Shown: positions 38,383-48,406, numbered from the stretch's first letter. The stretch: DNA of 64,000 nt from a bacterium (GCA_038128225.1 JAYPJF010000001.1:168092-232091); one strand, 5' to 3'. Numbers and translations: made by a program. Notes: generated by a model from the sequence alone, not told the origin.

Positions 38383-40449
38383 ATGTTTTTCCCAAGAACA
38401 AAAAGTAGACTGCGCCCGTTTTTGTTAGTAACACTGATCATGTTCTCTTTGCTAACACTTGGGGCAACAGCGTATGCCGCATCACCCCCGGCTCCTGATG
38501 TGTGTGCTACATACAGATATTTTCCGCCTTTCGAATGCTTTGGCCGGTGGGCAGCAGAATTTCTAGGAGCGGCATTTTTAATTATTACCGGCTTCATCTT
38601 GGGTATTGTTGGAGTCGTTTTTAACAAACTGGTTGAAATTTCAGTAATTGATTTTGCGACATTTTACGACCCAATGAAAACAGCAGTCGAGCTTGGGTGG
38701 TCAACGTTTCGCGACGTCGCAAATATCGCTATTATTGGCGGTTTTGTATTTGTTGCCATCTCGATGATCTTGGGAGTGGAGAAGTTTGGCGCGCGCCGGT
38801 TTGTGGTGAATATTTTGATTGCTGCGGTACTCATCAACTTCAGTCTATTTTTTACTAAAATGATCGTTGATGTTTCCAACTTGTTTGCTTCACAATTCGC
38901 ACAAGCAATCAGCACGAGTACGACAAGTGCAAATATCAGCATTGGCCAAGTAGCGGAGCCTGTCGGTATCGCTGAAGCGTTTTTAAGTTACTTAAAGATT
39001 TCTAGTGTGCTGGATTCATATGGGGCGTTGCAACAACTCGGATCAAACACACAGTCTGGATTCCAGGTGCTGCTGGCAGCATTCTTGGGTTCTGTTTTTT
39101 TTATGCTCGCCGCACTGGTTTTACTGTACGCCTGCGTGCTGCTACTGGTTCGCACCGTCATGATTATTATGCTACTTCTCCTTTCTGCACTCGCGTTCGG
39201 GGCATACGCTGTGCCCACATTCTCGAACTGGTTTGATCGGTGGTGGAAAGAGCTGGTAAAACACGCTCTATTCGCTCCACTACTTATGCTTTTCCTATGG
39301 GCTACGGCCGGAATTTCTCGCGCACTCAGTGGCAGTGAAGGGTCACTTGGCTCGCTTGTCACTTCGCCCGACAGCAGTGTATCCGTAGGGACTGTGGTGA
39401 ACTTTTTTATCATCATTGGCTTACTGCTCGCATCAATCAAAATCGCAAATAGCTTTTCTGCTACAGCAGCAAAACATATGCCGAACTGGAAAGGAGCCGC
39501 CTCGTTTGCTGCAACATTCGGTGCAAACAAATGGTATCGGCCAGTACGAAACCTCGCTCGCTACGGGCTTAGCGCGCGCGCAAATCGAATACTTGAAGGT
39601 GAGAAAGGCGCGCGCATACGTGGAGAATTGGCCAATCTTGAAGAAAATATAAGGAAAGGAACAGCCTCAGGAAATGAAAAAGCTCGCGCGGCAGCGCTCC
39701 AGCGGCGCCTTGGTAACCTTACTGCCGATGCGGAAGGGAGGTTTGGATTCAAGGAGACGTATCTTGGCAAACAAATAGCGGGGTTTGGTAAAATTCTTAA
39801 GGAAGGTCCAGGAAAGGGTGGCGTAGCTGCTTCGCAGCAGAAAGCAGCCCAAGCAGAAATCGAACAAGCTGAGAAAATTAGAGCACCAAGGAGTGCCGAA
39901 AAACAAGAAGCTTTCGAAGCTGCTTTGAAAGATAAGAATGCGGTTGCACAGAAAATCCTACAAGACGCAAAAGCAAGTGAGCAAGCGGCGCGAAGTGAGG
40001 CGGAAAAGCAAATATCACAACTAGAAAGAGAGAGGGAAGTGTACCGAGAATTAATGGGGGCCGGTGATACTGAAAATGCCGCAGCAAACTACACAAGGAC
40101 CGAACAAGCTCTTGGCGAACAGCGTGCACGCATAGTGAAGGCGGCGCAGTCTGTCAAAGAAGCGGAGCGTACACTTGCAAACACCCCATCGGAAGCCCTC
40201 AAGTCTGCCCAGGCCGTTGCAAAAACTGTACAGAACGAGCGTATTGAAACATATGTGACCAACAAGTTCCCAGAAAGTTCGTACAAGCGAGAGTCAGCGA
40301 TGTCACAGCTCAGAAAAACAAAAGAGGACAAGGACAAGGCAAAAATTCTAGAGAAAGGAATCAAAGCGGCGCAAGAACTTTCTGGCGAAGATGTGGGCCT
40401 CAAAAAACCTACTGCTGCTGAATCAGGTGTTGAAAAGAAAGCTGCATAA
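38383..40449 (+). CDS. Polytopic membrane protein with a long C-terminal charged coiled-coil, VirB6/TrbL-like. Assignment is by topology and gene context.
   Basis: Signal peptide followed by at least six hydrophobic helices, then a K/E/A-rich tail. It lies directly upstream of the PrgI-like and VirB4-like genes. Confidence 0.5.
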   Translation: MFFPRTKSRLRPFLLVTLIMFSLLTLGATAYAASPPAPDVCATYRYFPPFECFGRWAAEFLGAAFLIITGFILGIVGVVFNKLVEISVIDFATFYDPMKTAVELGWSTFRDVANIAIIGGFVFVAISMILGVEKFGARRFVVNILIAAVLINFSLFFTKMIVDVSNLFASQFAQAISTSTTSANISIGQVAEPVGIAEAFLSYLKISSVLDSYGALQQLGSNTQSGFQVLLAAFLGSVFFMLAALVLLYACVLLLVRTVMIIMLLLLSALAFGAYAVPTFSNWFDRWWKELVKHALFAPLLMLFLWATAGISRALSGSEGSLGSLVTSPDSSVSVGTVVNFFIIIGLLLASIKIANSFSATAAKHMPNWKGAASFAATFGANKWYRPVRNLARYGLSARANRILEGEKGARIRGELANLEENIRKGTASGNEKARAAALQRRLGNLTADAEGRFGFKETYLGKQIAGFGKILKEGPGKGGVAASQQKAAQAEIEQAEKIRAPRSAEKQEAFEAALKDKNAVAQKILQDAKASEQAARSEAEKQISQLEREREVYRELMGAGDTENAAANYTRTEQALGEQRARIVKAAQSVKEAERTLANTPSEALKSAQAVAKTVQNERIETYVTNKFPESSYKRESAMSQLRKTKEDKDKAKILEKGIKAAQELSGEDVGLKKPTAAESGVEKKAA

Positions 40450-40453
40450 ATAT

Positions 40454-41104
40454 ATGTTGAACTTGAGCAACCTTGATCCCGAGCTGCGCAAAGAGCTTGA
40501 AACACACATTGCAACACTCCCTGTCCCCGTTAAAAAGGCAATGGAATCCGCTGACACATCTCGTCTGCTGCGAGATTTTGCTAAAAAATACCAACTTCAT
40601 TTAGACCAGTGGGGGAAACTCGAAACGGAAGTGTACATGGTCATGGTCGGTCTTGCACCAATACAAGCCCTTGCTTCAAACCTGCAAGTCGAACTTGGCA
40701 TCGGAAACCAGCTCGCTGGCCAGCTTTCAGCTGACGTTAACACTTCTATTTTTGCCCCCGTTCGTAAGGAGCTCGAACATCAGCTCGATCATGTTGCTGC
40801 GCAGTCAAAGACAGGAGCGCCTATTGAGGACATGACCGCGCAAATACTTGAAACGGCACGGCCCAAGCCGCCACAAAATACCGAAACACCGGTTATTGTT
40901 AATAGCGAGACACAGCAAAACAGCGTGACTGAAACACGTCCTGGGCAGGTAACGCCAGATGATACCCAGCCACAGCAAAAAGAATCCTCGCCAGAACAGA
41001 AGGCGGAGAAAACCGGTCCAACATCAGGGGCGTATGCGCCAGGCAAGCCAAGTAGTGAGCGCAAAGAAGTCCATGACGATCCGTATCGTGAGTCAGTTGA
41101 GTGA
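40454..41104 (+). CDS. Hypothetical protein with a Q/P-rich C-terminus, part of the T4SS-like cluster
   Basis: ATG at 40454. The track ORF begins at 40391. Confidence 0.45.
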   Translation: MLNLSNLDPELRKELETHIATLPVPVKKAMESADTSRLLRDFAKKYQLHLDQWGKLETEVYMVMVGLAPIQALASNLQVELGIGNQLAGQLSADVNTSIFAPVRKELEHQLDHVAAQSKTGAPIEDMTAQILETARPKPPQNTETPVIVNSETQQNSVTETRPGQVTPDDTQPQQKESSPEQKAEKTGPTSGAYAPGKPSSERKEVHDDPYRESVE

Positions 41105-41156
41105 ATTTATGCCACACCCATGCGTGCATGCAGTATATCGTTGATATAATGCTTCC

Positions 41157-41669
41157 ATGCAGTTCCAAGTTCCTCAATTCATCGAAGTCGAAGATAAGAT
41201 CATCGGCCCATTGACGTTTAAACAATTTCTATACGTTGGAGGCGGTGCGGGAATCTCATTCATTCTATGGCGCTTGCTGCCGCTCTGGGTAGCAGTACTC
41301 CCTATCCTTGGAATTCTCGGGCTCACCGCAGCACTCGCGATGGGGCAGTGGAATGGCCGCCCATTCATTACCGGACTTGAAAATAGTTTTTATTACCTTT
41401 TGAGTAAAAAATTGTACTTGTGGAGCCAACAACGCAGCCGTAAAAAACCTGAACAAGAGATTGTGGGGAAAGTGTTAGGAAAACAAGAGGTGTATATCCC
41501 GCGACTTGCCGATAGCAAACTACACGAACTCGCGTGGTCACTCGATATCCACGAACGTGTTGAAAATGCACGATTTCGTGATGTTCCTGTTAACGCTTCA
41601 GAAAACGTCGCCGCAACACCAGATGAGGATTTAGCGCTCCGCATCGCGCGCAGCGCACAAATTAGATAA
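41157..41669 (+). CDS. PrgI/VirB3-like small membrane protein
   Basis: N-terminus MQFQVPQFIEVEDKIIGPLTFKQFLYVGGGAGISFILWRLL matches the PrgI-family pattern of a (V/I)PK motif, a hydrophobic hairpin and a G-rich turn. Confidence 0.6.
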   Translation: MQFQVPQFIEVEDKIIGPLTFKQFLYVGGGAGISFILWRLLPLWVAVLPILGILGLTAALAMGQWNGRPFITGLENSFYYLLSKKLYLWSQQRSRKKPEQEIVGKVLGKQEVYIPRLADSKLHELAWSLDIHERVENARFRDVPVNASENVAATPDEDLALRIARSAQIR

Positions 41670-41671
41670 CT

Positions 41672-42331
41672 ATGGAAACAAAAGCAACCAGAAAAGCTTC
41701 GCAAGAATTTGTCCCCATTTCTGAAGTGCGCGATGGGGTTGTGGTGCTTAAAGACGGAGGCATGCGTGTGGTTCTTATGGCATCGTCTTTAAACTTTGCC
41801 TTGAAATCTGAAGACGAGCAGACTGCGTTCATTCTTCAATTCCAAAGTTTTCTAAACTCTCTTGATTTCACTACGCAGATTTTCGTGCAGTCGCGCATGC
41901 TCGATATTCGCCCCTACATTGCAACACTTGAAGCCGCGTACAAAGAGCAGCTTGATGATCTCATGCGAGTACAGATTCGTGAGTATATTGAATTCGTAAA
42001 AAACTTTACTGAAGCGGCAAATATTATGACAAAGAGCTTTTTCGTAATAGTGCCTTATACGCCGGCATTTATCTCATCTCGCACAAATCCTTTTGGAAGT
42101 CTTTTTGGTGGAGGGAAAAAACGCGATGATGCGGCCGCGAACCGTACGTTCGAAGAAAGCGTGTCACAGCTTGAACAGCGTGTTGCGATCGTACAACAAG
42201 GACTTGTTCGCTCAGGTGTTCGTACCGTCCAGCTTGGAAGCGAGGAGGTTATCGAGCTTTTCTACAAACTCTTTAATCCTGGAGAAAGGTCGAAGCCCAT
42301 CGCACTGGTTGACGAAGGTGCGCGTACATAA
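41672..42331 (+). CDS. VirB4/TraE/PrgJ-like conjugal-transfer ATPase, N-terminal fragment. It ends at an in-frame TAA.
   Basis: VPISEVRDGVVVLKDGGMRVVLMASSLNFALKSEDEQ is typical of the VirB4 N-domain. It is in the same frame as 42335..44200. Confidence 0.7.
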   Translation: METKATRKASQEFVPISEVRDGVVVLKDGGMRVVLMASSLNFALKSEDEQTAFILQFQSFLNSLDFTTQIFVQSRMLDIRPYIATLEAAYKEQLDDLMRVQIREYIEFVKNFTEAANIMTKSFFVIVPYTPAFISSRTNPFGSLFGGGKKRDDAAANRTFEESVSQLEQRVAIVQQGLVRSGVRTVQLGSEEVIELFYKLFNPGERSKPIALVDEGART

Positions 42332-42334
42332 GAT

Positions 42335-44200
42335 ATGGGAATACTCGATATATTATTTAAGAAAAAAGACCAAGGCAAAGCCGCTGTGTTACCGGTATTG
42401 CCTGCGGAAATTTACCAACAAGGAGTCCTTGATCTTCAGGATGTTATTGCGCCACATGCGCTCCGGATTAATCCGCGGGAACTCGATTTGGGAGAAAAAA
42501 TTTCAAGAACGTTTTTTGTTATCTCATACCCGCGATTCCTCACTACGGGATGGTTTGCGCCCATCATTAACATCGACAAAGTCATTGATATTACTATTTT
42601 TGTACACCCGATCGACACTAATGAGGTTTTGCGAAAATTCCAGAAAAAAGTAGCTGAGGTGCAGAGTCAGATCGCACAACGTGAAGAGAAGGGGATGGTA
42701 CGTGACCCGATGCTCGACACCGCTTATTCTGACCTCGAAACGCTGCGGGACCAACTCCAACAGGCTCAAGAAAAACTTTTTGATGTGGGGCTGTATCTAA
42801 CTTTGTATGGCGATACACGTGAAGAGGTTGATAAAGCAGAGTCTGAGATCCGCTCAATCCTCGAATCTCGCCTTGTATACCTGCGTCCGGCACTGTTCCA
42901 GCAAGAACAAGGATTTAAAAGTACGCTTCCGCTCGGGACCGACCTTATAAACATACACACTAAACTCAACTCATCACCCCTTTCAAGTATTTTCCCTTTC
43001 ATTTCATTCGATCTTACGTCAGACCGCGGCATTCTGTACGGCATCAACCGACACAACTCTTCACTCATACTGTTTGATCGTTTTTCTCTCGAAAACTACA
43101 ATTCGGTGACTTTTGCAAAATCCGGTGCTGGTAAATCGTACACCACAAAACTCGAGATTCTGCGTTCTCTGATGTTTGATACCGAGGTTATCATTATCGA
43201 CCCTGAGCGCGAGTATGAGTACCTCGCGGAAACCGTTGGGGGCCGCTACTTCAATATTTCTCTCTCTTCAGAACACCACATCAACCCTTTCGACCTTCCT
43301 GTTCCGCGAGAAGATGAAAACCCGGCAGATGTGTTGAGGAACCAGATCATTTCGCTTGTGGGGCTGGTGCGTATCATGCTTGGTGGACTCACTCCCGAAG
43401 AAGACGCAATTATCGATAAAGCGATTACGGAAACATACGCGCTTAAAGACATTACCGCCGATGCTGATTTTACTAATATCGAGCCCCCGCTACTCTCGGA
43501 CTTTGAATTAGTGCTCTCTGGCATGGAAGGTTCAGAGTCTCTCGTGCAACGGCTTTCAAAATACACCAAAGGGTCGTGGGCAGGTTTTATGAATCGTCCC
43601 ACAAACGTTGATATGAACAAGAAACTCATCGTCTTTTCAGTGCGCGACATGGAAGACGATCTCAAACCGGTCGCAATGTACATTGTGACGCACCATATCT
43701 GGAATGCGGTGCGTAAAGAACTCCGCAAACGGCTTCTGGTGATCGATGAGGCGTGGTGGATGATGAAATCTGAAGATACTGCATCGTTCCTGTTTGGCAT
43801 CGCCAAACGCGGTCGTAAATACTATCTTGGCCTTTCGACCATCACTCAAGACGTTGCGGACTTTTTAAACTCACCATACGGTCGCGCTATGATCACCAAC
43901 TCATCGATTCAATTACTCCTCCGACAGTCACCAACATCAATTGACCTCATTCAAGAAACATTCAAGCTTTCTGATGAAGAAAAGTACCTGTTACTCGAAT
44001 CCGACGTGGGGGAGGGGATATTCTTCGCAGGGCTAAAGCACGTTGCGATCAAAGTCATTGCTTCGTACACAGAAGACCAGATTATTACTTCCGATCCATC
44101 ACAAATTCTTGCTATCAGAAAGGCAAAAGAGGAGTTGCGCTCAACCCAAGCGTTACAAGAAGACCAGGTGCCAGGAGTAAGTACCCAAGCAGCACTATGA
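42335..44200 (+). CDS. VirB4/TraE/PrgJ-like conjugal-transfer ATPase, ATPase portion
   Basis: Motifs FFVISYPRFLTTGWF, Walker A KSGAGKSYTT and Walker B LLVIDEAWWMM. Confidence 0.8.
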   Translation: MGILDILFKKKDQGKAAVLPVLPAEIYQQGVLDLQDVIAPHALRINPRELDLGEKISRTFFVISYPRFLTTGWFAPIINIDKVIDITIFVHPIDTNEVLRKFQKKVAEVQSQIAQREEKGMVRDPMLDTAYSDLETLRDQLQQAQEKLFDVGLYLTLYGDTREEVDKAESEIRSILESRLVYLRPALFQQEQGFKSTLPLGTDLINIHTKLNSSPLSSIFPFISFDLTSDRGILYGINRHNSSLILFDRFSLENYNSVTFAKSGAGKSYTTKLEILRSLMFDTEVIIIDPEREYEYLAETVGGRYFNISLSSEHHINPFDLPVPREDENPADVLRNQIISLVGLVRIMLGGLTPEEDAIIDKAITETYALKDITADADFTNIEPPLLSDFELVLSGMEGSESLVQRLSKYTKGSWAGFMNRPTNVDMNKKLIVFSVRDMEDDLKPVAMYIVTHHIWNAVRKELRKRLLVIDEAWWMMKSEDTASFLFGIAKRGRKYYLGLSTITQDVADFLNSPYGRAMITNSSIQLLLRQSPTSIDLIQETFKLSDEEKYLLLESDVGEGIFFAGLKHVAIKVIASYTEDQIITSDPSQILAIRKAKEELRSTQALQEDQVPGVSTQAAL

Positions 44201-45225
44201 GTCGTATTCTCTTTGTTCTTCTCCTTTTAATACCGTGGTCAATAAGCGCCTTTTCTTTTCCGCCACTGGCTGTCGAAAATCCAATTCAAGTTACCTTAAC
44301 CCCTACAACCCCCAAACCTGGTGATACGGTCATCCTGCAGGCAAGTAGCCATATCGTTGATCTTGATAGATCGGTACTCGCATGGAGGATTAATGGCGCG
44401 GTTGTAAAAGGAGGCGTCGGTGAAACTCAAGTGCACGCCGTCATGGGAGTGCTTGGTGAGCCGCTCACGATACAACTTGTTACGGAAAGTTTTGAAAAAA
44501 ACGTATACGAGAATATGTTTCAGGTGTATCCAGCAAATGTGGTAATTGCGTGGGACGCAAACACGTATGCACCAGTTTTTTTTAAAGGAAGATCCCTACC
44601 TTCTCCTGGAGCCACGGTCACCGCGTACGCAGTGACACAGTTTGCGACAGAAACGACCATCATTGAACCTCAGGCGCTTATGTATGAGTGGTCGTTGGAT
44701 GGGAAAACACTTCCTGGTGGTAGCGGTATCGGGAAAAGCTCGGCTACATTTACGATGCCTGAATTCCCAGGCACCTATCAGTTACGTGTTGTTGTTCAGA
44801 CCACGGACGGGAAAATTGAAAGCCACGCCGCAGCGCAACTTACATCCCAATCACCTCTTTTGAGTCTCTATCGAGACACACCGCTTCTTGGCGTCGTCCG
44901 AACATCGTCGTTGTTATGGGATCCACGTATTAACGATGCAGAAGCTACGATCGCAGTGGTTCCTTACTACGCATCAATTACAACCGTTAAAGACAAAAAA
45001 CTTTCATACGCATGGAAATTCGATGAGAAACCGTTCCAACATGACCCAAACGATCCGAATCGCATCACTCTTCTTCTTGGTGATGGCCGCGCCCGGCCAC
45101 GAGCAGCGGTTGCAATTCAGCATCGCGACCATATTCTCCAAACCGCTGACCACGCATGGACAATTAACGTGAACCAGGAAGCGGCGGCGGCGAATAACCC
45201 ATTCCTGCGGCAATTTGACCTATGA
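44197..45225 (+). CDS. Secreted hypothetical protein, beta-rich (Ig-like repeats)
   Basis: Signal peptide MSRILFVLLLLIPWSISA. Confidence 0.5.
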   Translation: MSRILFVLLLLIPWSISAFSFPPLAVENPIQVTLTPTTPKPGDTVILQASSHIVDLDRSVLAWRINGAVVKGGVGETQVHAVMGVLGEPLTIQLVTESFEKNVYENMFQVYPANVVIAWDANTYAPVFFKGRSLPSPGATVTAYAVTQFATETTIIEPQALMYEWSLDGKTLPGGSGIGKSSATFTMPEFPGTYQLRVVVQTTDGKIESHAAAQLTSQSPLLSLYRDTPLLGVVRTSSLLWDPRINDAEATIAVVPYYASITTVKDKKLSYAWKFDEKPFQHDPNDPNRITLLLGDGRARPRAAVAIQHRDHILQTADHAWTINVNQEAAAANNPFLRQFDL

Positions 45226-46427
45226 GGAGAGAAATTATTGTCTGGATTGCTGTTGGAGCGATTACTACCACGCTTATGCTGCTCGCGGGGTGGTACTTTT
45301 TTATTCGAAACCAAGAAAATCAACTCACCCGCGTTTTTGAGGGTCGCGGTTTTGAAGCCACACTTCCTGAAGGAAGTGGGGTAGGAAGCACAGGTTTTAA
45401 TTTAGCGAGTGTTTTTTCATCGCCCACAATTGCCGATGCTGATCCGTCAGCAACAAACACAAACACCCCCTCGCGTCTCTGGCGGGTAAGTGTAATCCCC
45501 TCAGTGGGGTTACAGTTTTTTGGTAGCGAACTATATTACGCTGAACAGCCAACAGGTCATGTATTTAAGGCAAATCCAGAAACCGGAGCGGTGGAGCGCC
45601 TCAGCGCAACACTACTTCCCCGTGTAACTGATGTGGTGTGGGTCGCAACATCGTCGTTGATTGTGCAGCAAACGCCTTCCTTAGAAGAAACCTCGTATTT
45701 CGCGGGCCGTATAGAGACCGCGACGACGACAAACGGTGGTTCTTTGGTTGGTGAGTACTTACCAAAAGATGTTTTTGTGGTTGCTCCTGCAGGGGAATCG
45801 GCTTTTATGTACGGTGTGCGCGCAGGTTCCTCGGCGGCATTTATCGAGCGAACAATTTCGGGTGGAGAGAAACGAGTGTGGACTAACCCTCTGTCACATT
45901 GGATAATTAGGCCAACAGGTGCAGGGTATGTGTTTGTCGAACCACCTTCAAGTGTGGCGCTTGGTAGTGCGTTTATGTTTTCACAAAATACGCTTGTCCC
46001 TCTTGTACAGAATGCGTATGGGTTAATGGTGTCGCGATTTGGTGATCTTTTCAGTGAAACGAGGTCAGGAACTCCTGTATTGTTCACTTTTAAGGACGGT
46101 GCCCGCACCGACCTGCCTTTTGTCACATTCGCAGAAAAATGTGTTCGCGACCCAGGTAAAACAACCCGTGTGTATTGTGCCGTTCCGACCGAGTTTCCAA
46201 AACAGCGCGACAGTGTTGACGCATGGTATCGAGGCGAGGTCCACACGAGTGATCGCTGGTTTGCGCTCGATACAGAAACCAATGTGTCTGAACTCGTTCT
46301 CTCGCCTGAAGGGGAGTACGGCGTCCCACTTGACGTTTCTGATGTAACTATTTCGCGCGACGGTCTCTATCTTGCGTTTATTGATACAATAACAAGTACG
46401 CCTTGGGTGCTCCGCGTCAGGGAATAG
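45222..46427 (+). CDS. Hypothetical N-terminally anchored periplasmic or extracellular protein
   Basis: TM helix IIVWIAVGAITTTLMLLAGWYFF. Confidence 0.5.
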   Translation: MRREIIVWIAVGAITTTLMLLAGWYFFIRNQENQLTRVFEGRGFEATLPEGSGVGSTGFNLASVFSSPTIADADPSATNTNTPSRLWRVSVIPSVGLQFFGSELYYAEQPTGHVFKANPETGAVERLSATLLPRVTDVVWVATSSLIVQQTPSLEETSYFAGRIETATTTNGGSLVGEYLPKDVFVVAPAGESAFMYGVRAGSSAAFIERTISGGEKRVWTNPLSHWIIRPTGAGYVFVEPPSSVALGSAFMFSQNTLVPLVQNAYGLMVSRFGDLFSETRSGTPVLFTFKDGARTDLPFVTFAEKCVRDPGKTTRVYCAVPTEFPKQRDSVDAWYRGEVHTSDRWFALDTETNVSELVLSPEGEYGVPLDVSDVTISRDGLYLAFIDTITSTPWVLRVRE

Positions 46428-46428
46428 T

Positions 46429-46824
46429 ATGCGTGTATTTAAAAAATTACGTTTAGCAATTTCTCGAGTAGTGCCGAGTTTTGCGGCAACATTTCAACCA
46501 ATCACCGACGATTTTGAGCGGAACAGTTTTTTGCTCTCGGCAATGAAATCAGGGAGTGTTGCTGAATTTGTAAGCAGCGCGTTTAAAATCGCGATTGTGC
46601 TTGGAGCTATGTTTGCAGTGTTGAGAATTGGGTACGCTGGATTTTTATACATGACCACCGATGTGCTAGGTGACAAGGGGAGGGCGCGATCAATTCTTAC
46701 AAGCACCACACTAGGACTCGTGCTTCTTCTTGGGGTTTTCTTGATCCTCAACCAGATCAACCCCGAAATCCTCAAGCTTAAAATTCTCTCTTCTGAACAA
46801 AGCGCGCCTGAAGACCGTCGTTAA
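46429..46824 (+). CDS. Small two-helix membrane protein, pilin-like (VirB2/TrbC-like topology)
   Basis: Two hydrophobic helices, AFKIAIVLGAMFAVLRIGYAGFLYM and TLGLVLLLGVFLILNQ. Confidence 0.4.
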   Translation: MRVFKKLRLAISRVVPSFAATFQPITDDFERNSFLLSAMKSGSVAEFVSSAFKIAIVLGAMFAVLRIGYAGFLYMTTDVLGDKGRARSILTSTTLGLVLLLGVFLILNQINPEILKLKILSSEQSAPEDRR

Positions 46825-46826
46825 AA

Positions 46827-47270
46827 CTATTCAGGCTTGTACCTGATAACAAGACGTCGGTTTTTGCCTTCTCCTTGCGACTCAGTGCTTACATTGGGCT
46901 CCTCCGCTAGGGTCGCATGCACAATCATTCGCTCATATGCCGACAAATCACTCATTTCAACATCATATTGGAAAGACCGGGCTCTGCCTGCCATCATTTT
47001 AGCTTTTTGTTGTAACTCTTGAATGCTTTTGGTGCGATAATTATCGACGTCAATCACAAAATGCGTGTCCTCGATACCGCGTTGTTCAGCTATTTTCTTG
47101 GCCACATATTCAAGCGATCGGAGTGTTTCACCTCGTACACCGATGAGTGTTTTTGGTTCGGTTGTTTTGACAGTAAAGATGCGCTGCCCAGCAACAGTCC
47201 CTTCCTCGATTCCGCTATACGGCAGGCCAATATGCTCGAGTAGCTCTGTGACTATCGTTGGTATCTGCAT
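46827..47270 (-). CDS. jag: Jag/KhpB (KH plus R3H) RNA-binding protein
   Basis: KH motif LIGVRGETLRSLEY and an R3H-like C-terminus, located in the yidC-jag pair. Confidence 0.75.
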   Translation of the reverse strand: MQIPTIVTELLEHIGLPYSGIEEGTVAGQRIFTVKTTEPKTLIGVRGETLRSLEYVAKKIAEQRGIEDTHFVIDVDNYRTKSIQELQQKAKMMAGRARSFQYDVEMSDLSAYERMIVHATLAEEPNVSTESQGEGKNRRLVIRYKPE

Positions 47271-47272
47271 AG

Positions 47273-48007
47273 TTATACCGTATCTTTACCATGTTTTTCT
47301 TTCCTTACCAAGAGTTCCTGCCCTATGGTAAATGTATTGCTTACAACCCAGTACAATGCAACAGCGGCAGAAATTGTGTATGCAAATACCCCAACAAGAA
47401 CTGGGAGTACGTACTTTACCTGCACGTGCATACTCCGCATCAAATCGTCCTTAAATGTTGGTGTTCCTTGGGGAGGCTCTGGTTTTTGAACTGACAATAA
47501 CGCGTGTAGAAATTGTGTCACGCCAGCAAGTACCGCAAGCGCCACGCTGCGATCGCCCATATTAATGCCAAAGATGAAATGCATATCAACTGATTCCGGT
47601 GGAGGAACAAAAGAGTATAAAAGTGTCGTATCGATAGTCGGAAGTCCTCCTTTATAAAAAACCCAATACAAGCCTAAGATGACAGGGATCTGAATAAACA
47701 GCGTGGCAATACTTGCAAATGGATGAATATTGTACTCTCGGTACAATGCGAGAGTTTTTTCCAAATACATTTTTTGATCGTCTTTGTATTGTTTCTTTAT
47801 TTCTTCGAGTTTTGGAGCAGCAACGCGCATGGCACGTTGCGTATGAATGGCTTTTCGCGCTAAAGGGAAAAGAATAATCTTAACCGCCACCGTGAGCGCA
47901 ATGATTGCAAGCGCGACATTACTTATCGAAGGAAGTACCGAGAGGAGAAATACGAGACTGTTGTACAGTGGATCGTACACTACAAGGTGAAAGAATGAAC
48001 TGAGCAT
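47273..48007 (-). CDS. yidC: Membrane protein insertase YidC (short form)
   Basis: Multi-TM protein with the conserved GLYWV block, located next to rnpA. Confidence 0.8.
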   Translation of the reverse strand: MLSSFFHLVVYDPLYNSLVFLLSVLPSISNVALAIIALTVAVKIILFPLARKAIHTQRAMRVAAPKLEEIKKQYKDDQKMYLEKTLALYREYNIHPFASIATLFIQIPVILGLYWVFYKGGLPTIDTTLLYSFVPPPESVDMHFIFGINMGDRSVALAVLAGVTQFLHALLSVQKPEPPQGTPTFKDDLMRSMHVQVKYVLPVLVGVFAYTISAAVALYWVVSNTFTIGQELLVRKEKHGKDTV

Positions 48008-48028
48008 AACCCGACCATTATCGAATAC

Positions 48029-48277
48029 CTACCTCTTACGAGCAAGCACCCCTCGTAATGTTTCGATAATGACTGAAAATGGCGCCACAGCAACTTCTCC
48101 TGTAGGCATGATGGTTTTATCATGTATTGAAACCCCTTCTTTTTTAAGAAGCACACACACTGCTCTGGTACGCCTTTTTATCTTGTTGCGAAGAACCGCT
48201 TTATCTGCGGTCTTTTTTGACACCACAATACGCACACCGGCACCGTTGTTTGCTTTTATAAGAAATAAAGGGGTCAT
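48029..48277 (-). CDS. rnpA: Ribonuclease P protein component
   Basis: NKIKRRTRAV motif, positioned between rpmH and yidC. Confidence 0.65.
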   Translation of the reverse strand: MTPLFLIKANNGAGVRIVVSKKTADKAVLRNKIKRRTRAVCVLLKKEGVSIHDKTIMPTGEVAVAPFSVIIETLRGVLARKR

Positions 48278-48406
48278 CTAGATCCCGAGTCGGGTACGCC
48301 CCTTTCGCCGTCGTGAGGCGAGCACACTCCCACCAGCACGTTTCCGCGCGATAAAACCATGGGTTCGCGCACGCTTTCTCTTCTTTGGTTGATATGTTCT
48401 TCGCAT
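48278..48406 (-). CDS. rpmH: 50S ribosomal protein L34
   Basis: Reverse-strand translation reads [42 protein letters not shown]. At 42 aa it is below the track cutoff. Confidence 0.85.
   Translation of the reverse strand: MRRTYQPKKRKRARTHGFIARKRAGGSVLASRRRKGRTRLGI

Noticed and set aside
41672-44200. Treating the two VirB4 pieces as a natural VirB3-VirB4-type gene pair
   Set aside because: The upstream piece is the VirB4 N-domain itself, not VirB3. PrgI/VirB3 is the preceding gene. The two pieces are exactly in frame across a single stop codon.
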